A stretch of 53,560 bases of DNA from an uncultured Pseudomonadales bacterium (lineage in GTDB: Bacteria > Patescibacteriota > Microgenomatia > UBA1400 > CAYNMC01), in the NCBI GenBank assembly GCA_964414895.1, contig CAYPXO010000006.1:1-53560 (forward strand), read 5' to 3'. The notes under the pieces are model-generated. The model had not been told where the DNA came from, ran no database searches, and saw only the letters and a list, made by a program, of their open reading frames with translations. Every line of letters begins with the position of its first letter. Within the stretch, counting starts at the first letter, position 1. Positions 18,053 to 28,095 of the stretch are shown piece after piece. A program made the position numbers and the translations under genes.

Positions 18053-19363
18053 TCAACCACCTAATATACCCGCAATTCGCTTGGCTCTCTCTTTTTTAAT
18101 TTTCTCATCAACTTTCTTCCACCCTTTTTTGCCCAGCATTTTATAAGCGGCTGTTCCCGGCCGGGGAGAGTAACGGAAAACATGGATTTTGGTAAAACTT
18201 TCTCCCATTAAACCCTTTAAACTTCTCAAATATCTTAAACTTTCTTCAAACTCCTCCTCTGTTTCGCCAGGGAATCCCACAATAATATCAGTCGAAAAAC
18301 TAAACCCAGGAATTTTTCTTTTCAAATTGAAAATTGAAAATTGAAAATTGAAAATTTTATACCTCCTTCCCATTCGCCTCAAAGTAGCATCACAGCCAGA
18401 TTGCAAAGGAATGTGGAAATGAGTTGTCAACCTTCTCTTTGAAACTGGACACCTGCCTTGCCGGTCTTGCCTGTCGGCAGACAGGCAGGCAGGCTGGATA
18501 CTGGACACATAAAAATTTAAAAAATTTTTATCAAAAACCCCCGGATTTATCGAGCCAAAAGAAATCTTTTTAACTTTTGTTTTTGCCAGAATTAACAGCA
18601 ATAACCTAACTAAGTCATTCTTAATTACAACGGGCGACCGACCGGTCGCCCCTACATACGGGCGGACACATGGGTCCGCCCCTACAAATCTATAATCGGC
18701 AATATCAACTCCAGTTAAAATTACTTCCTTTATTCCTCTTTTAACCAATCCGTTTATCTCCTTTATTATTCCCTCTGCTGGTCGGCTTTTTGACCGACCT
18801 CGCAAATAAGGAACAATACAGTAAGTGCAAAAGTTATCACAGCCGTCTTGGATTTTCACTAGGGCTTTACCAGAACGGGCATATTTATCTTGAAAATAGT
18901 TTATTCTTCGAGTGACTCCCGAGTCTGACTCGGGAGGAATCGAGAAGCTATCCCTATTAAATTTCCCGACTACGCCAGGTACCAAACGGCACCTGGCTAC
19001 GCTCGAACAATAATCTCCAATTTTCATCTTATCCTTATTCTCCACAACCAAATCTATCTTTTCAAAAGTTTTGACATTTAGGTTGTGGTTTTGAGCTTTG
19101 AGTTTTGCGCTTTGAGTTTTACTTACCCAGCATCCACTTACTACCAAAAAGCACCCCGGATTCTCCCTCTTGATTGTTCTTATTGCCTGCCGAACCTCTT
19201 TCTCTGCCTTAACTGTTACCGCACAAGAATTCAAAATAACAATATCTGCCATTGTTAGATGGCTACATGGTTGCATTGCTAGATTGGTTAATTGCTCACC
19301 AATGAGGCGAGACTCCGCCTGGTTGGTCCGGCAACCAAAAGTAATAATGGAAAAAGTCTTCAT
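18053..19363 (-). CDS. mtaB: MiaB-family radical SAM methylthiotransferase (MtaB-like), with several in-frame inserts
   Basis: TFGCRTN, NSCAVT, KIQDGCDNFCTYC, HFHIPLQSG, DIIVGFPGETEE, HVFRYSPRPGT. Confidence 0.85.
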   Translation of the reverse strand: MKTFSIITFGCRTNQAESRLIGEQLTNLAMQPCSHLTMADIVILNSCAVTVKAEKEVRQAIRTIKRENPGCFLVVSGCWVSKTQSAKLKAQNHNLNVKTFEKIDLVVENKDKMKIGDYCSSVARCRLVPGVVGKFNRDSFSIPPESDSGVTRRINYFQDKYARSGKALVKIQDGCDNFCTYCIVPYLRGRSKSRPAEGIIKEINGLVKRGIKEVILTGVDIADYRFVGADPCVRPYVGATGRSPVVIKNDLVRLLLLILAKTKVKKISFGSINPGVFDKNFLNFYVSSIQPACLSADRQDRQGRCPVSKRRLTTHFHIPLQSGCDATLRRMGRRYKIFNFQFSIFNLKRKIPGFSFSTDIIVGFPGETEEEFEESLRYLRSLKGLMGESFTKIHVFRYSPRPGTAAYKMLGKKGWKKVDEKIKKERAKRIAGILGG

Positions 19364-19415
19364 ACAAAAAAATCGCCCTTCAGCGATTTCCTAACTACTA
19401 ACTACTAGCTACTAA

Positions 19416-20129
19416 CTACTCAATCACCGTTCCCACAAATTTCTTTCCCTCCAAAACATTATCTAAATTTTTCAAATTCCTTCCGTCACAAACTATCACC
19501 TTCAAGCCTATCTTTTTTGCCAGCTGGGAAGCAACAGTATCAAAAGGAGCATTCATTCCTGGCTTCCACTCCTTTCCTATAATGCCAATAAGCTCATCCC
19601 AGTCTATCTTTTTGATCGGTTTGGCATCTTTATATTTGTTTGGGTCTTTATCATAAACCATCCCCACTCGACTTAGATTCACAACTTCTTTAATGCCGTA
19701 ATCCTCGGCTAGCAAAACAGCATCATGATCAGTTGACCAGCCCGGCCGCCAACCAACGCAAATAACTACTGGCACTTCCACTGCCTTTTTATCAATCATG
19801 TCGTAATGTTTTATCAAATGCCTGTAGGCAATGTCTCTAAAAACTGTCCGCAGTAGATGGCCGTTTAAACGAGTCGAGTGAACTCCCAACCAATCTAAAT
19901 CCTCATCGGTAATCTTTTTTCCGCAGACCTCTGCCGCTGCCTGTTGGTAGTGCCGACAGGTTGACCCTCCGCCGGTAACAATAAAAAAGCGGCAGTTGTC
20001 TGCCACTTTCCTGCGAATATATTGAGAGAATTGGGTTAAAAACTTAACATCTATTCCCCCATTAGGAACAATGAGGGAACCCCCCAAGGAAAGAATAAAA
20101 TAACGTTTTCTTTTTGGCAAAGTAACCAT
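19416..20129 (-). CDS. pyrH: UMP kinase (archaeal-like type)
   Basis: SLGGS, VTGGG, PGWSTD, VYDKDP, APFD. Confidence 0.9.
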   Translation of the reverse strand: MVTLPKRKRYFILSLGGSLIVPNGGIDVKFLTQFSQYIRRKVADNCRFFIVTGGGSTCRHYQQAAAEVCGKKITDEDLDWLGVHSTRLNGHLLRTVFRDIAYRHLIKHYDMIDKKAVEVPVVICVGWRPGWSTDHDAVLLAEDYGIKEVVNLSRVGMVYDKDPNKYKDAKPIKKIDWDELIGIIGKEWKPGMNAPFDTVASQLAKKIGLKVIVCDGRNLKNLDNVLEGKKFVGTVIE

Positions 20130-20180
20130 AAAACCTACTTATTTTATACTTAAATTGATAAAAAAAGCAACTTAGGCTTT

Positions 20181-20549
20181 TTATTTTTTGTTTTTTCCTG
20201 AAAAGATCATCCCCAAAAAAATCAATCCCCAACCTCCAAGATAAAGAGCAAAAGGAATAAAACGCTTAAAAAATAAATTAATTGCTTTTTTAACTTTAGT
20301 CTGTCCTTCTTGCAAAATTACTGTCTGCGTTGTCTGGGTTTCTAAATGTTCCTGAAAATGTTTTAAATACTCAAATTGTAAAATTAGCAAAAAAAATCCC
20401 AAAAAGAAAAGTAAATAAATCCTTTTGGGCTTAATAAGCATCAAGATAATTGCCAAAAGACAACCAAAGCCCAAGGCAATCACTTCATAGTTGTGCAACC
20501 AAGTCCAATAAAGGAGGTAAAACAAACCCTGTCTAGTAACTTGAGTCAT
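20181..20549 (-). CDS. Membrane protein, unknown function
   Basis: Three hydrophobic segments; ATG at 20549 preferred. Confidence 0.65.
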   Translation of the reverse strand: MTQVTRQGLFYLLYWTWLHNYEVIALGFGCLLAIILMLIKPKRIYLLFFLGFFLLILQFEYLKHFQEHLETQTTQTVILQEGQTKVKKAINLFFKRFIPFALYLGGWGLIFLGMIFSGKNKK

Positions 20550-20584
20550 TCTTTCTCTTTTGAAATAAGTAAACTCTATACAGA

Positions 20585-20682
20585 AAATCCCAAATAACAA
20601 ATCTCAAATCCCAAAAAGTTTAAAATTTAAGATTTGGTGCTTGAAACTTGTTTGTGATTTGGTGCTTGGGATTTGGGATTTC
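20585..20682. repeat. Inverted heptamer arrays (aaatccc-like / gggattt-like)
   Basis: aaatcccaaataacaaatctcaaatccc ... gatttggtgcttgggatttgggattt. Confidence 0.75.
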
Positions 20683-20689
20683 ATAAAAT

Positions 20690-21772
20690 CTATTCCAAAA
20701 AGTCCTGCAGTTTCTTCCGATGCGATGGATGCTTTAATTTGCGCAAAGCCTTGGCTTCAATTTGTCTAATTCTTTCTCTGGTTACTCCAAACTCACGGCC
20801 TACTTCTTCTAAAGTCATAGATCTTTTGCCACCCAAACCAAAACGCAGTTTTAAAACCCGGGCTTCTCTGTCAGCCAAACTGCCTAAAACTTCCTCTAAA
20901 TTTTCTTTGAGGAGTTTCTTGCTAGTCAAGTCATAAGGAGAAGCCTGATTTTCATCAGCAATAAAATCCCCTAAATAAGAATCTTCATCATCGCCAATTG
21001 GTGTTTCCAAGGAAGCTGTCTTTTGAGAAATCCGCATTACATGCCTTATTTTATCCGGCTCCAGGTCCATCTCTTCGGCTATTTCTTCCGGCGTTGGCTC
21101 CCGGCCAAGCTCCTGCATCAGCTTCCGGGAAGTGCGGATCATTTTATTGATCGTCTCTACCATGTGGACAGGAATTCTTATCGTCCTTGCCTGATCGGCG
21201 ATCGCTCGGGTAATTGCCTGGCGTATCCACCAAGTGGCATAGGTAGAAAATTTATATCCCTTAGTCCAATCATATTTCTCTACCGCCCGAATAAGACCTT
21301 TGTTTCCTTCCTGAATAAGGTCCAAAAAACTCATTCCCCGACCAACATATTTTTTAGCAATAGAAACAACCAAACGAAGATTAGAAATTATTAATTTTCC
21401 TTTAGCTTTTAGGCTGCCTTTTTCTACTTTTTGAGCCAAATTTATTTCCTCTTCCCGCTTAAGCAAAGGAATCCGGCCGATCTCCTTTAAATACATTCGT
21501 ACCGGATCGGCAACTGAGCGATCTTCCAGTTTGGAAAGAACCGCCAACTCTTTTTCCAGCTGACTGGCTGCTTTTTCGTCTTCGGCCAGCTCCTCCTCTG
21601 TAATTGACTCAAAGACATCAATATTCAAAGACAAAAGTTTGTCGTAAAAATCATCGATCTCTTCAATTCTCTCTTCAACATCAGGAAAAAATTCCAAAAT
21701 TTCCTCCTGGGTAATAAAACCTCTTTTCTTTCCTTTGCTAATTAGTTTACGGGTATTAACTCTCTTTTTCAT
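20690..21772 (-). CDS. rpoD: Primary sigma factor
   Basis: [38 protein letters not shown]...TRERIRQIE. Confidence 0.98.
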   Translation of the reverse strand: MKKRVNTRKLISKGKKRGFITQEEILEFFPDVEERIEEIDDFYDKLLSLNIDVFESITEEELAEDEKAASQLEKELAVLSKLEDRSVADPVRMYLKEIGRIPLLKREEEINLAQKVEKGSLKAKGKLIISNLRLVVSIAKKYVGRGMSFLDLIQEGNKGLIRAVEKYDWTKGYKFSTYATWWIRQAITRAIADQARTIRIPVHMVETINKMIRTSRKLMQELGREPTPEEIAEEMDLEPDKIRHVMRISQKTASLETPIGDDEDSYLGDFIADENQASPYDLTSKKLLKENLEEVLGSLADREARVLKLRFGLGGKRSMTLEEVGREFGVTRERIRQIEAKALRKLKHPSHRKKLQDFLE

Positions 21773-21775
21773 AAC

Positions 21776-23650
21776 TTAACCTTTCAACTTCTTAACTATC
21801 TCCACCACCTCTTTTTCTGCCTTTTCTTTCTCTTTTTTACTCCTCTCCTTATCTCCTAAAACTCCCCTTAACTCTCCTAGTTTATCACGGAGAGCCATTT
21901 TTTCAACTTCCTGCCAGCTTTTTTGCCATTCTCTTTTTAACTTTTCCTCCTCTCCATCCAATCCCTTAAGATCAAAAAGAAAAAGTCTGTTAGTTATTTC
22001 TCCAAGCTCATCTGGTATCATTTTAACAAATTTACCTATTTTGAAAACAGAGGAAGCTCGGCGATACTTTTTCAAAAAAGCAAAAATCCTCTTAACTGCC
22101 GGTGTTTTTAAATAATCCGCCTTCAATTTTCTAATCAAAAAAGAGAAGCTCTCTTTTGACTGGAGCAGGATAGCCAAAAGATACTCTTCCAAAACTTCTC
22201 TTCTTGATCTACAAACTTCTTTTTTCTCATCTGTCTCTTGATAAGTCTGGCTGGGATAAACTTTTTCTTTTTTGGCCAGCCTTTCAGCTTCCTTGGCTAT
22301 TACTCTCTCATCAACCGCCAAAACCTCGGCTAATTTTTTAAAATAATGAGCTTTGACTACCTGATTGCTTATCCGGGAAAAAATTGGCAGAATTTCCTCA
22401 GTAATCCTTTTTTTGGATTCTGCCTCTTTTGTGCCAAAGCGTTCCACTGCCAAGTTAAGATAAAAATCAAAAACAGGAATTGTTTTCTTGCTCTGCTTCC
22501 GCCATCCGGACGGGTTGTCTCTAGCAAACTGGTCAACATCCTTCCCTTGAGTCAAAACTATTACTCTTATATTCACCCCTTGTCTCTCGGCCACCTCAAT
22601 TCCTCGCTTGCAAGCCTCTTTGCCGGCCAAATCAGTATCCAGGCAAAAAACAAAATTCTTGGTAAATCGAGACAAAAGCTCTACCTGTTCTTTGGTTAAA
22701 GCCGTTCCTTTAATAGCAACAATATTTTCTACCTTCGCCTGACAAGAGCTTAAAACATCAAATTCACCCTCTACTAAAATAGCTCTATCTTTTTTTCTAA
22801 TTGCCTGCCGAGCTTGCCTTAAACCATAAAGACTGGCTGATTTATGGTAAATAAAAGTTTCCGGGGTATTAATATACTTCGCCCCTTGCCTGTCGGCGGG
22901 TAAATCTTTTCTTTCTTGCAAAACCCGACCGGAGAAACCAACAATATTGCCTTGAAGGTTAAAAATGGGAAAAATTATTCTTTCCCTGAAACGATCGTAA
23001 TATTTTTGATGCCGGCTACCAGTTGCCAGTTGCCAGTTGCCAGTCTTTCTTTGATTCTTATTATCTGCTGGAAACTGGCTGCTGGAAACTGGCTGCTGGA
23101 AACTGGCAATTATCAAGCCCGCTTTCTCTACTTCTTCTGAATTGTACCCCTTTTTGCCAACCAAAAAATTAAACAGATTTTCCCAGCCAACCGGAGCAAA
23201 GCCCAGCTTAAACTTCTCAATAGTTGCTTTGTTTATTCTCCTTTTTTTTAAATAAGCCAAAGCCCGGCCACCTGCTTTGTGTTTAGTTAATATATAATGA
23301 TAAAACTCAGAAGCTAAATGATTTATTTGATAAAGTCTGTCTCTTAGAGCTTGCTTTTTGTCATAGGCGGCCCTGTCCAGTTTAACCCCAACTCTTTGGG
23401 CCAAAACCCGCAGAGCCTCACCAAAGCTTATTTTTTCATACTCGGATAAAAACTTGATCGCATTGCCGCCTTCCCCACAACCAAAGCATTTGTAAATTTG
23501 TAGTTCCGGGGAAACAATAAAAGAAGGCGTCTTCTCTGAATGGAAAGGACACAAAGCTTTAAAATTCCGCCCAGCCCGCTTTAAAGGAATATAGGAGCTT
23601 ATAAACTCAACAATGTCAATTTTGGATAAAACTTCTTCTATGCCTCCCAT
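21776..23650 (-). CDS. dnaG: DNA primase
   Basis: CPFHSEKTPS zinc finger, DRFR, KYINTPE, VEGEFD TOPRIM. Confidence 0.97.
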   Translation of the reverse strand: MGGIEEVLSKIDIVEFISSYIPLKRAGRNFKALCPFHSEKTPSFIVSPELQIYKCFGCGEGGNAIKFLSEYEKISFGEALRVLAQRVGVKLDRAAYDKKQALRDRLYQINHLASEFYHYILTKHKAGGRALAYLKKRRINKATIEKFKLGFAPVGWENLFNFLVGKKGYNSEEVEKAGLIIASFQQPVSSSQFPADNKNQRKTGNWQLATGSRHQKYYDRFRERIIFPIFNLQGNIVGFSGRVLQERKDLPADRQGAKYINTPETFIYHKSASLYGLRQARQAIRKKDRAILVEGEFDVLSSCQAKVENIVAIKGTALTKEQVELLSRFTKNFVFCLDTDLAGKEACKRGIEVAERQGVNIRVIVLTQGKDVDQFARDNPSGWRKQSKKTIPVFDFYLNLAVERFGTKEAESKKRITEEILPIFSRISNQVVKAHYFKKLAEVLAVDERVIAKEAERLAKKEKVYPSQTYQETDEKKEVCRSRREVLEEYLLAILLQSKESFSFLIRKLKADYLKTPAVKRIFAFLKKYRRASSVFKIGKFVKMIPDELGEITNRLFLFDLKGLDGEEEKLKREWQKSWQEVEKMALRDKLGELRGVLGDKERSKKEKEKAEKEVVEIVKKLKG

Positions 23651-23813
23651 CTCTCCTATTATACTCCATGCCTCCCTGAACCTTTTAGGCTTTTTGACTC
23701 CTCGTCTTCAACCAGCTAGCAACCTCTCTCATTTTCAGGTCTTTTTTTTCGATCCTTAAGAGAAAGTCAATAATCTCTCTAAAATCTGCTTTTAGCAAAA
23801 AGTATTCATAAGC

Positions 23814-24035
23814 CTATGTAAGTTTTAGAAATTCTTCCCTGGAAACTTCAATTTGTTTCAGAATTGCCCTTAAGGTCCCAATCCTCACAGGTCTATTATG
23901 AGCCGGAACTACAGTGCGACGACCATCAGGATGTTTAAAGACTACATGACCACTTTTAGTCGGACGGGGAACAAAGCCAAGCTTTATTAGTGCCTTTTCT
24001 ATTTTCCTTGGTCTTATCTCGGGCAGTTTAACCAT
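23814..24035 (-). CDS. hicA: HicA toxin
   Basis: LGF...SGH...VVPAH...GTLRAIL. Confidence 0.88.
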   Translation of the reverse strand: MVKLPEIRPRKIEKALIKLGFVPRPTKSGHVVFKHPDGRRTVVPAHNRPVRIGTLRAILKQIEVSREEFLKLT

Positions 24036-24044
24036 AAACAGCTG

Positions 24045-24317
24045 TTAAGCAAACTGAAAAGAAGATGGAACATTTATCTGCGTAGTAGTAACAATGTCTT
24101 GCTCAGGATAATCTACAGGCACAGGTTCTTTATCTTCCACCAGACTATCTACATAAGCCTCAATCGCTCCTCTAACATTAGCTAAAGCTTTGTCAATAGT
24201 ATCTCCATCATCAGCTACACCTAAAGTAGGACAAAAGGCAGTATAACCAGCCTTACCTGTTCCTGTCTGTTTATCTGGAGTAATAATAATACGGTAGTTT
24301 AAAACTTTTGCTTGCAT
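24045..24317 (-). CDS. hicB: HicB antitoxin (short form)
   Basis: GYTAFCPTLG...GDTIDKALAN. Confidence 0.85.
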   Translation of the reverse strand: MQAKVLNYRIIITPDKQTGTGKAGYTAFCPTLGVADDGDTIDKALANVRGAIEAYVDSLVEDKEPVPVDYPEQDIVTTTQINVPSSFQFA

Positions 24318-24650
24318 ATTATTGTGATTATTATAATACTAACAGGAAAATAAAGCAAAAGCCGGCAATGTGACTCCACAGCCAGAAGAGGACGTGGTGC
24401 TCTGTCGCAGCTATAGGGTAACAAAATTCCGATCAGAATAACTAACCCTGAGCCTGTCGAAGGGCGGTGTGTTTACGAAAAAATTCGAACGGAATTCGCT
24501 GGCGGCGGCTGAAAACTCCGCGCGCCAGCCGCCACCAGCTTACCTACCTTCGGCGGACTGACTTCCCGTTTCTGACAATTTCAAGTTTTTCTGGCCAGCT
24601 TCGCTGGCCTTGCTCGGCTCTGCCGAGCTTGGCGACAAATTCTTTTACTA

Positions 24651-25352
24651 TTATACAGATTCTAAGAGCTTTTTAACAATCTTTTGTCCATCCTCAACAG
24701 ACTTTCTACATAACCAAAGAACATTAACATCGCTATCCTCAAAAAGAAACGACACCCATTTCTCAACCTTCGTTTCAACCTCTTTATTTGGAATTGGCAT
24801 TTGTGTCGCGGGATCAATGGGAACCCCCATAACACTGACTCCGCGACCAAAAGTTACGCCCGGTCCCCAAGACACTGAGCCTTTCCCCCGAGTAACTGTT
24901 ACTCGCCTTGCCATCTCCTTTGTTTGAGGCGTTAATCTTATATGCTTCTCGTTCGCAAATTTACTAAATCTTTTAAGCCATTCGTAATTCTTACTATAAG
25001 GCTGAACGGATTCGATAAATTTATAAAAATCGGGATTATCCGTTTCTAAATCAGCCATCTTTGCCCTTCCAAGTACAGACTTGATATCTTCCTTTTTTGA
25101 AACAATAGGAAAATACACCCTGGCGCTTTTAGCTTCTCTTTCGGAAAGCTTAGGAAGATAACGTTTCTCAAAAAACTTATACATCGCCTGATCTAACAAA
25201 TACCTTATCTTCAACAGAACTTCTTGAGTTAAATTGAGGGTCCTGTTCGAAATATCCTGCTTTGTTAGGTCCTTATTGAGCGATTGCTCTAAGTTGCTGA
25301 GTAATTCTTCCGCTCTACTTATTTGTGAAGAAAAATTTTTATCCATTTTCAT
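24651..25352 (-). CDS. Hypothetical protein, accessory-island type
   Basis: 233 aa; R..LD, YFPI, ESVQPY, N.KH pattern. Confidence 0.7.
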   Translation of the reverse strand: MKMDKNFSSQISRAEELLSNLEQSLNKDLTKQDISNRTLNLTQEVLLKIRYLLDQAMYKFFEKRYLPKLSEREAKSARVYFPIVSKKEDIKSVLGRAKMADLETDNPDFYKFIESVQPYSKNYEWLKRFSKFANEKHIRLTPQTKEMARRVTVTRGKGSVSWGPGVTFGRGVSVMGVPIDPATQMPIPNKEVETKVEKWVSFLFEDSDVNVLWLCRKSVEDGQKIVKKLLESV

Positions 25353-25439
25353 CTCCCAGTATCACCTACTCGTTTCTATTTGCAATATTAATTTTAGCAT
25401 TGTATACTGAAGTTAGCAAGGCTTGAATCTCATAAAAAT

Positions 25440-26123
25440 ATGAGCATGAACAAAAATAATACAACTAAAAAATTAAAGTTTCCAAACGATTTTGTTAACA
25501 AAATCGTTTGCGGAGACTCTCTAGAACTTGTCAAAGAGGTTCCAAACGAGAGTATAGATGCAATAATAACCGATCCACCATATGGATTAAACACAAAAGG
25601 AATAAATAATGATGCTGATCTAAGTATCTTCTATAAATCTCTTCAGGGACTATACAGAATTTTAAAAAAAGATGGGTGGTTTATCACCTTTTTCAGCACA
25701 AAATTTTTACCTAAATTGTTTGAAAATAACCCTTTTGCCTATTTTTGGCAAATAGTCCTTTATTGCCCTGAAGGAAGTGTCAGATCACCGATTGGAATAA
25801 CAAAATTCATGTCCAGTTTTATTTTCAAAAAAGGAACTCCTAAAATTATTCAAAAAAACAAGGATATTTTCAAAGATACGCCAGGGAAGTTGATAGAGCC
25901 AGACGAGGGATTTATCAATCACCCCACACCAAAACCAAAACACTTTATGAAGAAGTTAATGAAAATGTTTACAAAGGAAGAAGGTTTAATATTAGATCCG
26001 TTCATTGGCAGTGGAAGCACGGCAGTAGCTTGTAAACAACTAAAGCGTAGGTTTATAGGATTTGAGATAAATCCAAAATACGTCAAACTCGCTAACAATA
26101 GATTAAAAAAATATAGGCAATGA
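25440..26123 (+). CDS. N4-cytosine/N6-adenine DNA methyltransferase, beta class
   Basis: DPPY near the N-terminus; HPTPKP and DPFIGSGST near the C-terminus. Confidence 0.92.
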   Translation: MSMNKNNTTKKLKFPNDFVNKIVCGDSLELVKEVPNESIDAIITDPPYGLNTKGINNDADLSIFYKSLQGLYRILKKDGWFITFFSTKFLPKLFENNPFAYFWQIVLYCPEGSVRSPIGITKFMSSFIFKKGTPKIIQKNKDIFKDTPGKLIEPDEGFINHPTPKPKHFMKKLMKMFTKEEGLILDPFIGSGSTAVACKQLKRRFIGFEINPKYVKLANNRLKKYRQ

Positions 26124-27250
26124 ACCAAAAAATGTCGAATAAAAAATTTGTTTTAGGCCAATATTTTACAAGGCCAGAAATAGTCGAAAGGACTATAAAT
26201 TTGATTTTGAATTATAAGGATTATGAAAGAAAAATCAGAATATTAGAGCCTTCTTTTGGAACAGGCAATTTTATACAAATCCTGAAAGAGAAAGGCTTTA
26301 TAAACATTAAAGGGTGCGAGATTGACAAAAGATTCACTAAAAGACCTATTGATTTCTTTCAGTATCCTTTAGAAAAAAAATTTAATTTAATTATTGGGAA
26401 TCCGCCTTTTACCAAATACAATGTAAAAAAAAGCTACTACTATCCTAGAAAGTATTTTTTTAGCGGAATACGTCCTGAAAAATATTTAACCAATAGACAA
26501 ACTGAAAAGGAAAAACTACGAATAGAAAATGCTTTTATTTTGAAATCCATTAAACACTTAAAAGATGACGATTCAAGTATAGGCTTTGTCTTACCAATAT
26601 CTTTTTTTATCGCTAACAAAAATAAGCAAACTAAAAAAGAGATTTTAAAAAAATTCAGAACAATAATAATATATCAAAATGACAAAAAATGGGTGGACGA
26701 ACCAATTCCGTGTTGTTTTGCCATTTTCACCAATACTGAGCCCTCTAAGGATAAAATAGTTCTTCTGTATGAAGACGGGAAGAAAGTAGAGGAAGTTCTG
26801 GATAAATCTGATTTGTTAGCTAAGGAGCTTATTCCAAAATCTTTTCTTTATAAAAAAAATAACAATATGGAAGGAATTCCTCTCTCTAAATTTTTGTCCA
26901 AAAAGAGAGTTAAATATAACAGATCATATAAGGAAAACAATGTGTCGGGCGGAAATATTTTGGAGAAAAAATTTATCTCACGAAAAGAGAAAATCTCGGA
27001 TTATTATCTCGCTGTTTGTAGAGTGGGTAACTCTAGCGTGGGTAGAACGGGCCTGATTAATATAAAAAAAGATATCCTAAATGATATGCTCTATGTTTTT
27101 AAGTTCAAAGAAGAATTCAACCGGAATAAAAAACTAAAAGAAAAAATATGCAGACTAATAAATAAGGGTCAAGACCATTTCAAAAATTCAAGTGTTCGAG
27201 TCGGAAGCAAATCTATTAAGAAAAGAGACATTCTGGAATTTAAGATTTAA
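26120..27250 (+). CDS. N6-adenine DNA methyltransferase, gamma class
   Basis: GQYFT, LEPSFGTGNF, IIGNPPF. Confidence 0.88.
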   Translation: MNQKMSNKKFVLGQYFTRPEIVERTINLILNYKDYERKIRILEPSFGTGNFIQILKEKGFINIKGCEIDKRFTKRPIDFFQYPLEKKFNLIIGNPPFTKYNVKKSYYYPRKYFFSGIRPEKYLTNRQTEKEKLRIENAFILKSIKHLKDDDSSIGFVLPISFFIANKNKQTKKEILKKFRTIIIYQNDKKWVDEPIPCCFAIFTNTEPSKDKIVLLYEDGKKVEEVLDKSDLLAKELIPKSFLYKKNNNMEGIPLSKFLSKKRVKYNRSYKENNVSGGNILEKKFISRKEKISDYYLAVCRVGNSSVGRTGLINIKKDILNDMLYVFKFKEEFNRNKKLKEKICRLINKGQDHFKNSSVRVGSKSIKKRDILEFKI

Positions 27251-27866
27251 GGAGTCCAATTAGATCGTCCCGATGTTGAGCTGAAGCATGAGCTAGAGCC
27301 TTAACTATCTCTATAACATCTTTTTTGTTAGGTTCCCATTCTCCTTTGCACTTACTATTCAAAATCTCGCCTTCACCCACAACTCCGTTGATGTTTTTTA
27401 TTATTAGTGCCTCGTGCGCGAAAGGCAAAAGAACAAACAAATGTGGGGCAAGTGTATAATCTCCCATTTTGAAAGTAATTCTTATTTTAATTCCAGAGTC
27501 AATCCTCTTTTCAAAGGAATAAAAGCTCTCAGTATACCTATATATGTCAAAGTCAAGAAACTTATCTAACTTCTGCTCTGTTGTTTTTATGGCTTCTCTC
27601 GTAGCATATTTTGTGTCTCGGATAAAACTCTTAATTGCCTCTAAGCCAGATATTAATTCTGTTATATTATTTTTGTTCAAAAAATGTTTTGCCAATTCAC
27701 CTACTTCATCGTTAGTGATCATCCATTCTATAGAAAAGGATTTATCATGTTTCGCACTCGTCGGTTTTCTAATATGATTGCCATTAGCATCCGCTATTCT
27801 AACCTTCCCCCTAGCCTGCGTTAATGGTAAAACAACACTTTTTGAAGCAATACTTACAGTAGCCAT
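27240..27866 (-). CDS. Putative PabI-like (HALFPIPE) restriction enzyme / DNA glycosylase
   Basis: LPLT...GKVRI, IEWMI and C-terminal S..HRDDL; ATG at 27866 just after the controller gene. Confidence 0.6.
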   Translation of the reverse strand: MATVSIASKSVVLPLTQARGKVRIADANGNHIRKPTSAKHDKSFSIEWMITNDEVGELAKHFLNKNNITELISGLEAIKSFIRDTKYATREAIKTTEQKLDKFLDFDIYRYTESFYSFEKRIDSGIKIRITFKMGDYTLAPHLFVLLPFAHEALIIKNINGVVGEGEILNSKCKGEWEPNKKDVIEIVKALAHASAQHRDDLIGLLKS

Positions 27867-27870
27867 AATA

Positions 27871-28095
27871 TTAAAAATTAAATAAATCAGATATTGGCAA
27901 ATCAAGAGCCTCAGCAACTTTTTGGATATTTCTTAGAGTAATGTTTTTTTCTGCCCTTTCAACCATCCCAATATAAGTACGATGGACACCGGCTTTTTCC
28001 GCGAGCTCTTCTTGAGAAAATCTTTTCTTAAGGCGTTCCTCTCTAACTTTATTCCCAAATTGTTTCAAGACTTGTATTTTTTCATTCATATTCAA
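27871..28095 (-). CDS. XRE-family R-M controller (C) protein
   Basis: SQEELAEKAGVHRTYIGMVERAEKNITL; directly upstream of the putative restriction gene. Confidence 0.88.
   Translation of the reverse strand: MNMNEKIQVLKQFGNKVREERLKKRFSQEELAEKAGVHRTYIGMVERAEKNITLRNIQKVAEALDLPISDLFNF

Noticed and set aside
21776-23650. Inteins or self-splicing introns as the explanation for inserts
   Set aside because: Inserts are far too short and lack intein termini or group I/II cores
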